This document shows, piece by piece, positions 37,006-47,700 of a stretch of 64,000 bases of DNA. The DNA comes from a virus. Within the stretch, counting starts at the first letter, position 1, and each line of letters begins with the position of its first letter. The translations under genes and the position numbers were made by a program. The DNA lies in the IMG/VR virus record IMGVR_UViG_3300021425_000005; one strand, given 5' to 3'. The notes under the pieces were generated by a model that saw only the letters and a program-made list of their open reading frames with translations, did not search any database and was not told the DNA's origin.

Positions 37006-37666
37006 ATCAAATTTTCTAAAAAACTACAAGTTTTGGGGCGAGGCTCTCTATTTTATTGAGAAAAAAGCACCCCATAAACTCTCAGATTTAAGACAATGTT
37101 TTGAAGCTAATCACGTAGAAGCAGCTGAATGGCTTGTTACTGAATTGCAAAAGAATATTGATAATTGCGCAAGACAAGAGAAGTTAAAAGTTCTTGTTCT
37201 CAACTCTTGGCTTGGTATCCCACTTGTCCCTCTGTTGTCCGAGAACATCGATATTGGAGAAATTCATTTAGTCGATCTTGACAAAGAGTCATTGGATTTA
37301 TCCAAACTTTTTCACAAACACTATTCTCAAGAAAGATTTATCAAGATGAGGCATCATTGTCTTGATATACCATTCGCATTCGAAGAATTAAATAAGATTG
37401 ACGCCGATATTGTAATCGCAATTAACACTGAACAAATGTATCCATTGGCTGAGTTAGAAACTCGTAACCCAATGGCATTATTCGCTTGTCAGAATAGTAA
37501 TGTAATTGAAGAAATGTATGGTATTAACTGTGTTAATTCGATCGAAGATCTTAAAAAACAGATAGGTTTAGATGAAACATATTATGAGGGTCAGATTGAA
37601 CAAACTTATTACTCTTGGGATGGTCAAAAGAAATACGATCGTTATATGGTAATCGGATCTAAGTAA
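36998..37666 (+). CDS. Class I SAM-dependent methyltransferase-like protein (degenerate motif I)
   Basis: KVLVLNSWLG, IHLVDLD, INTEQM, RYMVIG. Confidence 0.55.
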   Translation: MLKSNFLKNYKFWGEALYFIEKKAPHKLSDLRQCFEANHVEAAEWLVTELQKNIDNCARQEKLKVLVLNSWLGIPLVPLLSENIDIGEIHLVDLDKESLDLSKLFHKHYSQERFIKMRHHCLDIPFAFEELNKIDADIVIAINTEQMYPLAELETRNPMALFACQNSNVIEEMYGINCVNSIEDLKKQIGLDETYYEGQIEQTYYSWDGQKKYDRYMVIGSK

Positions 37667-38267
37667 TATCCTCAATCATCATTTTCCACATATCTTCGTC
37701 TGGAATAACAAACCCCAATGTAATTCTTGGACCACCACCAGCACAATGCCAATATGGATTATCTTGTCCGCCATAGTAACCAACTTTGGCTGACCAACCC
37801 TTCCAATCTGGTAATGTTGTAATTATTTCTCCGTCCCAATATTGAAAATACCCATCCCCTGTATTATAATTCAAAAGAATATTATATCCAGGAACATCCC
37901 AGTTATTGTGCCAACCCATGTATCCATCTTCAGGATAATACACATGAACAGCACTTTGTCTTGCACCAAGAAACTTTACTAACTCATCATTGAATCTAGC
38001 CGACTCATCTTTAAACTTTTGTGGACATCTGCTTCCTGGACCAAAGTGAGCATTCCTAATAACTTCAGGTGGACCAGCGTGTTCACCTTCTTTTCTTCCC
38101 ATAGGTTTAGTGAGCATCTCTTGTAGATAGCCATATGACTGCGAGTGTTCTCTATCAGAATCACCGCGCTGATCAATATACAGCTCAGACAAATCTTGAT
38201 CAAAAAACCAATCACTATGTTGGTTTAGAATTTCAAGAATCTCATCATTTAGATCGATAAATCTCAC
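37659..38267 (-). CDS. 2OG-Fe(II) oxygenase-like (cupin/DSBH) protein
   Basis: YYPEDGYMGWHNN...WHCAG...RITLGF (HxN...H...R). Confidence 0.6.
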   Translation of the reverse strand: MRFIDLNDEILEILNQHSDWFFDQDLSELYIDQRGDSDREHSQSYGYLQEMLTKPMGRKEGEHAGPPEVIRNAHFGPGSRCPQKFKDESARFNDELVKFLGARQSAVHVYYPEDGYMGWHNNWDVPGYNILLNYNTGDGYFQYWDGEIITTLPDWKGWSAKVGYYGGQDNPYWHCAGGGPRITLGFVIPDEDMWKMMIEDIT

Positions 38268-38961
38268 TTACTCTTACTTTCTCTTTTGGTATTGTATAGT
38301 GAAAAACTACAGTTTCTGTATCTTGAAGTTCATCGCTTTTATAACCACAAACAAAGTTCCACCTTGCGTCAGGTTGCGGGAATTCCCCAACCTTTAAATC
38401 AAAGTTACCATTATTTAGTAGGTTCCACATAGTAAATGTATCCCATTTGCGAACCTCCTCGGGATATGGAGTCGGATCCCAAGAAGGTGATTGTTGCTCA
38501 ATATACCAATCATACCAACTATCCATGAGTTGTTTGGTTGTAGAGGTTTTATATAGGAACAATCCACAATGATAAATCATTTCTTCAGTTTCTGATAGCT
38601 TTGTTATTTTTGCATTATAGGGGCGGTTTCTTGTGAACAAGATATCGTTGTCCCCCAGCAAATCAAAAACAGTTGAAATATCTTCATGTTCTATCATTGT
38701 GTCGCAATCGAGATACAAAGTCACATCATACGGTGACTTCGATAATGCCCAGAGTTTGGCTCTTATATGAATGGGAACATCATCTGTTATAATATTCTCA
38801 AAAATATCCCGAGCATCATCATCAACCCAATCATCATGAGTAAACAAAGTTATTTTTGCTTCGGGATAAAAGTCCAGTAGAGACTGTGCTGATGTTTTGG
38901 CTGCTTCAAAAAATGCTTTATTTACTGAAGCAACATAAACATAACCATTATTCTGTGTCAT
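38245..38961 (-). CDS. GT8-like nucleotide-diphospho-sugar transferase
   Basis: GYVYVA, SPYDVTLYLDCDT, WDTFTMW, VFHYT. Confidence 0.75.
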   Translation of the reverse strand: MTQNNGYVYVASVNKAFFEAAKTSAQSLLDFYPEAKITLFTHDDWVDDDARDIFENIITDDVPIHIRAKLWALSKSPYDVTLYLDCDTMIEHEDISTVFDLLGDNDILFTRNRPYNAKITKLSETEEMIYHCGLFLYKTSTTKQLMDSWYDWYIEQQSPSWDPTPYPEEVRKWDTFTMWNLLNNGNFDLKVGEFPQPDARWNFVCGYKSDELQDTETVVFHYTIPKEKVRVSEIYRSK

Positions 38962-39385
38962 CTGCCAATGCTTCCTGAATTAGCAGGGTTGCATAGGCAT
39001 GAACTTCGATCGGCGTTTTAGATTTTCTCAAACGCTTTTTAAGTTCTCTGTTTTGTGATTGTTTGATTTCTTCGATCTCAAAGGCTTCGAGTTTCATATT
39101 AAAAAGGATTTCTTGTTTATGTCTAGCTTGATCAGCTAAAGCTCTTTCCTTATCAATCTTTTCTTGTTCAGCTCGTTCAGCTTTGTGTTCTTCAGTTAGG
39201 CGATTAATTTCTTCTTCGCCATACATTTCTAACACAGCATCAAAATCAGGGTTGACACCATCGGCTGCTACAATATGCGCTACAGCATATTCTCCGTTAC
39301 CTTGAAGCATACGGCAAACAATATGATTATTAGACTTATCCTGCCAAATCGGATCTTTGTATTTCGGAAGGGTTTCTTCGGACAT
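38948..39385 (-). CDS. Hypothetical protein, possible fibre-assembly chaperone
   Basis: 145 aa with a charged coiled-coil C-half, directly after the fibre genes; the function is inferred. Confidence 0.6.
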   Translation of the reverse strand: MSEETLPKYKDPIWQDKSNNHIVCRMLQGNGEYAVAHIVAADGVNPDFDAVLEMYGEEEINRLTEEHKAERAEQEKIDKERALADQARHKQEILFNMKLEAFEIEEIKQSQNRELKKRLRKSKTPIEVHAYATLLIQEALADDTE

Positions 39386-39421
39386 TATATAAACTCCATA
39401 ATATAAAATAATGTATAGTAT

Positions 39422-40501
39422 TTAGGCGATACGAACGAACAGTTTTTTCGACTCTTGTGTTGAAGATGTTGAGATGACAGTCACGCCATTATAATAACCA
39501 ACATAGCTACCAGAATATGAACCAGTATAGTTACCAGTATAAGATCCAGAATATGTGCCAGAATAGTTACCAGTGTAAGATGGTCCAAGAAAACCAGAAT
39601 ATGATGGACGATATGTCCCTGCATATGTCCCAGTATAGTTACCAGTATAAGAACCTGCATATGTCCCAGAATAAGAACCTGTGTATGTTCCAGCGTAGGC
39701 ATATGTGGCTGTATTTTTAAGCTGATCAGTGAGTGTTTCACCCATCTGTTGCCAAGTGCCAGTTCCAGGAGCAGCTGTATCAACAACATATTTGCCGATA
39801 TTGTTGGCAGCAATACGGTTGCGGAAACGACCTTCTAAATCTTCAATAAACGCATCCGTATATTCTTTAAAAGAAGTGAAATTAGCAGTATTAACAAGTG
39901 TTCTGTTTGTTGTAGTTGAGGGAACAGTTGTTGCAGCTGTCTTTTGCCAAAGAGTTTTAGTCACATCTGTGCCATCAACCTGCGTATCTGTAATAGTTCC
40001 TCTTGCTGTCCAAGTTCCACCTGAGGGTGCTGAACCAGAAAGATAGTATTGACCACAAGTATTTGCATCTTGATCAACCATTGCTTTAATACAAGGATCA
40101 ATTACTTCTGAATCAATTTGAGCATCAGTTGATTCACTTAAATCACTATCAACTGATCCAGTGCTAGCAGTTCTAACTGGGCGAACAGTTTTACCATCAG
40201 TAGCAGTAGCAGTTCCTTGTGAGAATGTATAAACTGTGGATGAAAAATCATTAGGGTCTACTGGGTGTGTTCCCACAGCATTATTCATTTCACGGTTTGT
40301 AAATGTGCCGATTGATGTGAAGTTTGCTGGTGCACCAGATGTTCCAACTTGTAAAGAACCAACAGAAGTTGTTTGTGCAAATTTAGTTGTAAGTTTATTT
40401 GCAGTGTAATTTTTAATTTCTGCATCTGTAAGCTCTTGAAGACCAACAGCACCATTGGCAAGTGTTTCGCTTGGAGCTTTAATTTTTACTGGACCAGCCA
40501 T
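39422..40501 (-). CDS. Putative virion fibre-module protein with a C-terminal (Y-x-G-x)n repeat
   Basis: Thr/Ser/Gly-rich; in the late baseplate-fibre operon; 18 period-4 units near the C-terminus. Confidence 0.75.
   Translation of the reverse strand: MAGPVKIKAPSETLANGAVGLQELTDAEIKNYTANKLTTKFAQTTSVGSLQVGTSGAPANFTSIGTFTNREMNNAVGTHPVDPNDFSSTVYTFSQGTATATDGKTVRPVRTASTGSVDSDLSESTDAQIDSEVIDPCIKAMVDQDANTCGQYYLSGSAPSGGTWTARGTITDTQVDGTDVTKTLWQKTAATTVPSTTTNRTLVNTANFTSFKEYTDAFIEDLEGRFRNRIAANNIGKYVVDTAAPGTGTWQQMGETLTDQLKNTATYAYAGTYTGSYSGTYAGSYTGNYTGTYAGTYRPSYSGFLGPSYTGNYSGTYSGSYTGNYTGSYSGSYVGYYNGVTVISTSSTQESKKLFVRIA
39486..39704 (-). repeat. Degenerate 12-bp tandem repeat encoding YxGx tetrapeptides
   Basis: Plus-strand units such as accagtatagtt, accagtataaga and tccagaatatgt. 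Confidence 0.9.
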
Positions 40502-40512
40502 GTATTTTCACC

Positions 40513-41556
40513 TTAATTGAGTAGAGTGCCACTTGAATTGTATATTGCGATCGGACGTTGGATTTCCCAGTCAGTAGAATTTGAACATACTAGAATCATT
40601 GATGAACGAGCAGCCAATGTTTTCGCGGCGTTAGCTGAACCACCATCAATTGTATCAGAAGTATTTGGATATACTTTAATATTGGCTGAAGTGTTATTGT
40701 AAATTTCAACTTTAAGACCAGCAACAGCAGATTTCAGTTTAACACCTTGGTTAGAGGAGGCAGTTGTCACTACATTGACAGTTTCAGTAAGAGCAACGGC
40801 GTCGCCTTGTGTCGAACCAGCAGCTGTAATTGAAGCAGTAATGCCATATTTCAGATCGCCTGAAAGTGTTGTGGTTCCAGTAACGCTCAAGTCACCAGCA
40901 GTGGTAATGTCACCGTCAGTTCCAACTGTGAAATTTGAACCATTCACATCAATACCACCATCAAGAGAAGAGAGGCTATCTACAGTTAATGTTCCAGAAG
41001 TGTCGATATTACCTGAAGTGTTAGCGACAGTAAATGCACCATCAACATCAATACCGCCATCAAGGGAAGCAAGACCAGATGCGTCAATAGTTGTAGCAAC
41101 TACGGCATCGCCTTCGTCAGTTGATTGCCACTGAGTAGCAGACACAGCAACGAAGTCACGACCCTTTTCTGGACCAAGCGACAAAGCAGCATTGGCACTA
41201 AGGTCATTGATTGATTCGTTGGTGTATGGATAAATTTTAATCGTAGCAGTCGTTGAGTTAAAGATTGTAACCCTTGTGCCAGCCGAAGCGTCAGGGAGTT
41301 GAACACCTTGGTTTGTTGTAGCAGTATTTACGATATTGTAAGTTTTTGTGAGGACTGTAGCAGTTCCTTGCGTAGTGCCAGCAGCAGTAACAGAGGCATC
41401 AACACCAACGATAAAACGACCCGATACCGTAATATCATCAACGGTGATGTCATCTCCACTCTCAAACTTATCTGTATTGAGGTTTGTGAAGTTTGTGTCC
41501 ACCTCAGTGTTAGTGAGTGGAGAGCCTTTACCTGAACGAGTTGTAAGTGTTGACAT
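40513..41556 (-). CDS. Tail fibre protein with a duplicated domain
   Basis: N-terminal RSGKGSPLTNTEVDTNFTNLN anchor; two copies of AAGxTQG...NQGVxL...IKxYP; two SLDGGIDV repeats. Confidence 0.8.
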   Translation of the reverse strand: MSTLTTRSGKGSPLTNTEVDTNFTNLNTDKFESGDDITVDDITVSGRFIVGVDASVTAAGTTQGTATVLTKTYNIVNTATTNQGVQLPDASAGTRVTIFNSTTATIKIYPYTNESINDLSANAALSLGPEKGRDFVAVSATQWQSTDEGDAVVATTIDASGLASLDGGIDVDGAFTVANTSGNIDTSGTLTVDSLSSLDGGIDVNGSNFTVGTDGDITTAGDLSVTGTTTLSGDLKYGITASITAAGSTQGDAVALTETVNVVTTASSNQGVKLKSAVAGLKVEIYNNTSANIKVYPNTSDTIDGGSANAAKTLAARSSMILVCSNSTDWEIQRPIAIYNSSGTLLN

Positions 41557-41561
41557 TTTTC

Positions 41562-41765
41562 TTACCTATTCTTTAGAATTACTTGCAGGGCTTCTTTTAT
41601 ATCAGCCAAGTCTTGTTTTAAACTATTTATATCATCACAAACTTCATCAATCTTTCTGGATTGATTTTTTTTCGCTTTATATGCTGCTAAACCAGAATAA
41701 TCAGTGCTGATCAGTGCATTCGTAGCATCATCTCTTTTATATTTATCTGTAAAAAACTCACTCAT
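41562..41765 (-). CDS. Small hypothetical protein
   Basis: 67 aa with a coiled-coil C-terminus, after the DUF4815-like gene; contains a TATAAATA at 41624-41631. Confidence 0.7.
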   Translation of the reverse strand: MSEFFTDKYKRDDATNALISTDYSGLAAYKAKKNQSRKIDEVCDDINSLKQDLADIKEALQVILKNR

Positions 41766-41766
41766 T

Positions 41767-44700
41767 TTAGACCTGCAGTGCGATTGCCCTCAAGTTTTTC
41801 AAACGAGGAACATTAGATGTGTTTTCAGTTAACATCACGATTTTAACGGCAAACTCTTTAAATTCGGTGTAAGTTGTTGCACCGAGAGTTGCAGTAGCAG
41901 TGGCACTAGAACCACCGCCGCCTGTGATCGTAATCGTAGGAGCAGCCGAACCAGTTTCATATCTTCCTGGATCAGTAATTACGATCTCACTCACTGCACC
42001 AGCACTCAAAACTGCATAGCCTTTTGCTTGACGGATAGCTGTCCCACCAGTAAATGTTACTGTTGGAGCAGAAGTATAACCAGAACCCCCAGCTGTCACG
42101 GAAGTTGCATCAACTCTATCAACACTGTATGAGAGGACATCATCGCCATTAAGGTTAGCATTAGCTATTTGATATTCGTATTCAATGAATTTAGTTTGGC
42201 TCAACCCAGAATTATCAGGTGTGCTGACAAGAGATAATTCAAACCAGTCAAGTTCGTTACGGAAGTCAGCATCATCTTCAGCAGCAAGAAACTTACCATA
42301 AACCTTAACCTCTGAACCAATAGGAGTTTGTTGATCGAGATAAACTCTCAAATCTTGTGATTCTTGTCCATCAGCAAGTTTCACACGCTTAGAAATATAT
42401 TTTGAAAGCGCATTACCACTATTTTGTGAATCTTCATTAGTTGAATCATTATTCACATTATTTTTAGTTGTGATGAAACCACAGCGAGATAAATCAATCA
42501 CAGGACTGATAAACTCAGAAGTTGAAGATAGAGTCGCCTGATTATTAAAAGATTTGTCACTACTTAGATCAGCATCTTCGTTAGATTTAGAATAAACAGC
42601 ATATTCCTTAGTTGTTATTTGCTTCTCACCTTTTACAAGTTTGCGACTTGTTGTTCCTTTAGAAGAAACGCCAGTTGATTGCGTTCCATCATATTGATGA
42701 GAAATGGTTGTTTTAGGTAAGACCAATTCACCAAAGTTAAGGAGGATTGAGTTATAGATTTTATTTTCGATGGCTGACAAAGTTCCTTGTGTCGTCCCAT
42801 TTGAAATGATATCAGAAACATCAAAATCTGATTTTGTCAACTGTGTTCTAGCAACATCAAACAGTTTGGAATAGCGTTCAATAGATCCTGTTTTAGTGAC
42901 GATATCAAAAGTAGCACTTGTGCCAGCACCTGTTGTTGCTGATTGTGTGATTGCAGTTCCATCTGCTGTGTAACCAGAACCCATGCTGTCAATTTCAAAA
43001 CCAGTAATAACTCCAGATGATTCAGTTGTTACTTTTACCTTCAAGCCAGTTCCATTACCGAAACCAGTAAGAGTAATAATATCATTTACAGCGTGACCAG
43101 AACCACCGCTATTAATTGTGATGTCAAAGGCATGGAGGGAATCACCAGCTTTAAACGCACCAGAAGTAAAGTCAGTCATCTTAAGATAATCAATTGGTCC
43201 ATTAGTGAATTTAGCAATGCCATTAGTTCCTGTTGTAAATCTACAACGATAGATTCTATGCATCAAGTCTTCAGCTTGGAAAGCATTCCAAGTTCTGTTA
43301 TTAGCAGAAATAAACAGGATACCAGATGATACATCCTCAGCAACGATACGCTCAGTTGTTCCGACTTTGTTCTTACCGAGTTCAGAAACCCAAACTTCAT
43401 AGTCAGGACTGTTGGCTTGTGGAAGAGTTACAATACAATACTCACGACCACCCTCAAGGAATAATGGTGAATCAAAGGTAACTTGCGTCGCTGCAAAAGT
43501 TACTGTTCCGTCGCCAGCCTCTGTTGAAACATTCACATCAGATGGTGAAAGATATTTGCTGCCGTAAGGGACAATCCGAGATCCTGGATACCCATTGACA
43601 ACTTCACGGATTTGAATCGTGATGCCATCAGTCGATGATTTCTTGCGGAAATAAAGATCAATAGCAGGGCAGAACATACCATCTTCTTGAGTAATCAAGA
43701 ATGTTTGCGCGACTGGGTCATATGTTGTAGCTTCGAAGTCAACATTAACATTTGATGTAATATCTTCAACACGAACATCCGTAACAAGGTTAGCAATTGT
43801 TTGTGGATCGCCCTGAATAGTGTCAGTCGCGAATGACGGAACTTGTGTAGAAGTTATAACACCTTGTGAGACAGCATCAAGACCGAAAGAAGTGAAGGTT
43901 GCATCACAAGAAGATGTAGTGAAATCATCTCTATTCAAGCTATCATCAGTGAGGCGAAGAACCTTTTCGCCAATACGGAAAGTTGATTCTGGGATACGGA
44001 ACTGAGCAGCTAAACGACCTTCAGAGTCAGTTACCAGTGCATCACCATAATCATTAGTCGTTTCATTGAAATCTGACCAGAAGTTAGCAACCCCTGATGA
44101 AAGAGCAGAGGTAAATGTAGAATAAGTCAATGGACGAGTGTGTTCTGCAACATCATCACCATCGAAATATGCATACATTCTTGTATTTGGCTTCAAGCGA
44201 GTAGCATGGAATGTTACATTTTGACTTCTCATGAAAGGAGAAAACCCAATGTCAATAATACGGTCGCCAAAGTTTTCAGTAACAACATCATTGCCAGTAG
44301 ATTCAATTGTTAACACATCAACTGCTTGTTGTAAATCATCAGATTCTACTGTTTGTTCAAAAGATGCATCGAACTGGACGCCACCAGTGAATTCAACTTG
44401 ACCCCTAATACCGCCCATATCTTGGAATGTATCTGAACCGCCAAATGCCACATCTTGTGGGTCATTAGAAGGAGTCCCTGTCATAGATGTTTCAATACCA
44501 TTTACGATACCAGCATTATTCAAGTTATCAGCAAATTGCTCTAGTGCCTGACCAATAGCATTCTGTTCAACAACAATATCGCCGCCATCTTCCATCGCAA
44601 CAAAGTTATCAGATTGTGGATAGAGCTCAAGGTCTCCTTTATAATTAAATAACAACGCACCAATACAGTTACGAGATTTAGAAGCGTTGATGTTTCTTTG

Positions 44701-47700
44701 ATTGTCTACCAAAGTATAAGGTAATGTTAAGAGATTGCCTGTTTTCTGAACACCAGTAGAGTTTACACTGTCATAAATCACATCGATCTGTTCTTCATAG
44801 AAGTTAGTCGTCAAGTATTTGCGTTGTGTATCTACAGCAGCATTAAAGTCTGGATCTCTAAGATTACTTAGCTTGTGATCAGCGAAGTTGTTGATGAAAA
44901 TACCATTCTTAAATCTATCAAGACCACTAGCATCGGTAATAGTTAAGTTAGCAGTATCTTTCTCAAGCATATTGAGTGATGTGTAATATTCAAGGCGATT
45001 AATTCTTTTTTCAATCGCGCCAATATCAGCCATTGTAAAGCGTTTATTTTGTCTCAAAGATACATTACAGGAATAATCTTTTCTGTTACTGATGCGACCA
45101 ATATATGGAGACAAAGAAGGATATGGAGGGATATTAATTGTAGCCAATTCCATAACTGTTACAGGTGTTACAGGAGCGCGTGGTCCAATTCTTGAAGCAC
45201 CTTGCAATACTTCGATATTACCCTTCTCTGATAAAACAACTTTGTCAATTCTTGGGAGATAGTATTCTGCATCAGTCGTATATGATTCAGTTGGAATAGG
45301 CATCTCATACCCACCTGAAATAGATTTCAATTGGAATGTTTCAAGTGGGTTTTCTGAAGCACCAGCCATAGTCGTCGCGCTTGTAGCAGTATTTTCTACA
45401 TAAGGACGGAAGTCGATACAGTCTCTCAGGTCGAAAGAACCGAGTTTTTGAGAACGATAAACTGGGATTTGATATGTATAAATGCCAGAAGCACCAGTGT
45501 CATCAACAGGATATGAGTCAACCGCAAAATAAGAACCAACTGAACCACCATAGTTAGGATCAAAATGAGACAATTTAACAACAATATATTTGGATGTTGT
45601 AGAAATAGTGGCACTTGGTTTCTTTATGAGTTTAGAGTGACCATAGAAGTTATCTGTTTGACCGTTATCAAGAATAAACTGTGATTTGTAGTCAGTTCCA
45701 GATTCCGAATATGCAGAACCATCAACATAAACTGCTTCAATTTCATAAACATCTGTGAGACCCAAATTCCATGGACCAACAGCACCTTCTTCATTTGTAG
45801 ATGTATCAATTTTTACATAACGAGAGTTCAAAGCGTTTTTAGGTGTTGGAGTGACATCAGTCTGTTTGACTTTTACTTTAATTGTAGCATCAGTTGCAGC
45901 ACTGAGAGTTGTGCCGACATCAATATTAACAGCTGTATTACTGATAGAAGTAATCATTGCTGAGGTCAGGCGGAATGGCTCACCAGCTTTATAGGTTGTA
46001 GCATCGATGGTAACATCAGCATGCCAAACCATATAAAACTCTGTGTCCAACTGTGTTTGAGTTGGAGTAGAAGAATATGGGAAGGTTTCAGTTCCAGTAA
46101 CAGTAAGTGTTGATGTGCCAGAGGTTGTAAATTCTACTGTGAAATCTTTTTGATAGGTGTAGTTATTATCATATGTGCCACCTGTATCCGTTGCCAAAGT
46201 TTTTGCAGCACGGTATGGTGAACGAAAAACAAGAGTGTTTTGTTTTGCTTCTTTGAGAACAGCTTTACTGCTTTCCAATACTGGATCTGCAAAGCCGTTA
46301 ATATTCGAGTCATTATGATAAATTGTTCTAATATTAGCAAACTCACCAGCAGTCATACGAATGTCATAGAGATACAGACGATATTGACAAGCTGCGTCAC
46401 CGATTGTTCCACTATCGTAGCGAACCTGACGAACACGAGCTTGACCGATAATGGTTGATGGAGCAGCATGAATAGAATATGTTCCATCTGTGGCGGCGTC
46501 TGATGCTGTATCGCCAAACTTAACAACTGCACCCTCCTTCAAATTCCAATTACCAGCAACTTCGTCAACAAGAACATAGTTACCATAAGATGTCGATGTA
46601 GTGAAACCTTCTTCGATAACTGTATCATTCGCTTTTTCAACTTTTACATAAGTTGGTGACAAAAACTCGCGACGATAACCATTCACATAAGCAAGACCGC
46701 GACCAACGCCGACAGCGATATGATCAGCAGAACCTCCATTAGCAGAAGTCAAATAACCTCTATTTTCTGCTGTTTTCAGGTGTTCGCGGACTGTGACCTC
46801 GAAGTTACGAATTACATAATTACCGCTTTCTTCTTTAGTTCTTGAAGCTAGTGTAGCACCGAGTTTGTTATAAAAATCTAGATCGCCAACATCGTCACCG
46901 CGTGAAAGCCTGCCATCTTCAACTGTATAAAGAGAAACAAAATCAGAATTATTTGTTTCTGTGAGACCAAGTTTCGCAATGGTTGTTGAAACTTTATAAC
47001 GATCAGCTCCTGGAGCATTGAAGTTAAATGTTCCTGTTGCTGGGTCGTTGAGTGTTGAGTCATCGTCAGCAGTAACCTTAGAATCAGTAAAAGTAACACC
47101 GACATAAGCGTTAGCTGTCAACTTATATTTCTCAAGTGTGATTTCTTGTTGGTCGTGATAAACAAAGTAACCATTGATATAAAGGATACCATCTTCAATC
47201 ACAAAGTCAAGACCTTTACCGAAATAATTACGAGTAGGGTCATTAGCGTCAACACCATTATCAACAACAAATGTATCGCCATTACGACCTGAATCTGTTG
47301 ATGTCACTGTCAGAGTTTCGCCAGCCTCAAAGTGCAGATAAGCTCCTGTAGAACTACCTTGAATATAGTCGAGATAAAGAGTTTTCTTATCAACGGCATC
47401 AGTATCGAGACCAGTAGCGGTTTTAGAAATTTTAGCTGTTAAACCTGAAGTTCCGCCTGTAACTGTATCACCAATATAATTTTCAAGGGTATCATTAGAA
47501 ACTGTAGCTGAAGCAGCGTCCAAGTCGTTAATTTTAATGAAATCGCGCTTGAGAATAGTGCCGTTTGCACCCTTAACTCTCGCGCCGTCCTTAAACATGT
47601 GATCAGCAAAGTTTTCAATACTATCCTGCAGCATTGTTTGCAGCTGTGTTAGCTCTCTGGCTTGAACAGCAACTCCTGGTTTAAACAGGATACGAGCAAA

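Noticed and set aside
39486-39704. Tandem DNA repeats as a CRISPR array
   Set aside because: These are 12-bp degenerate in-frame coding units with no spacers and no cas genes.
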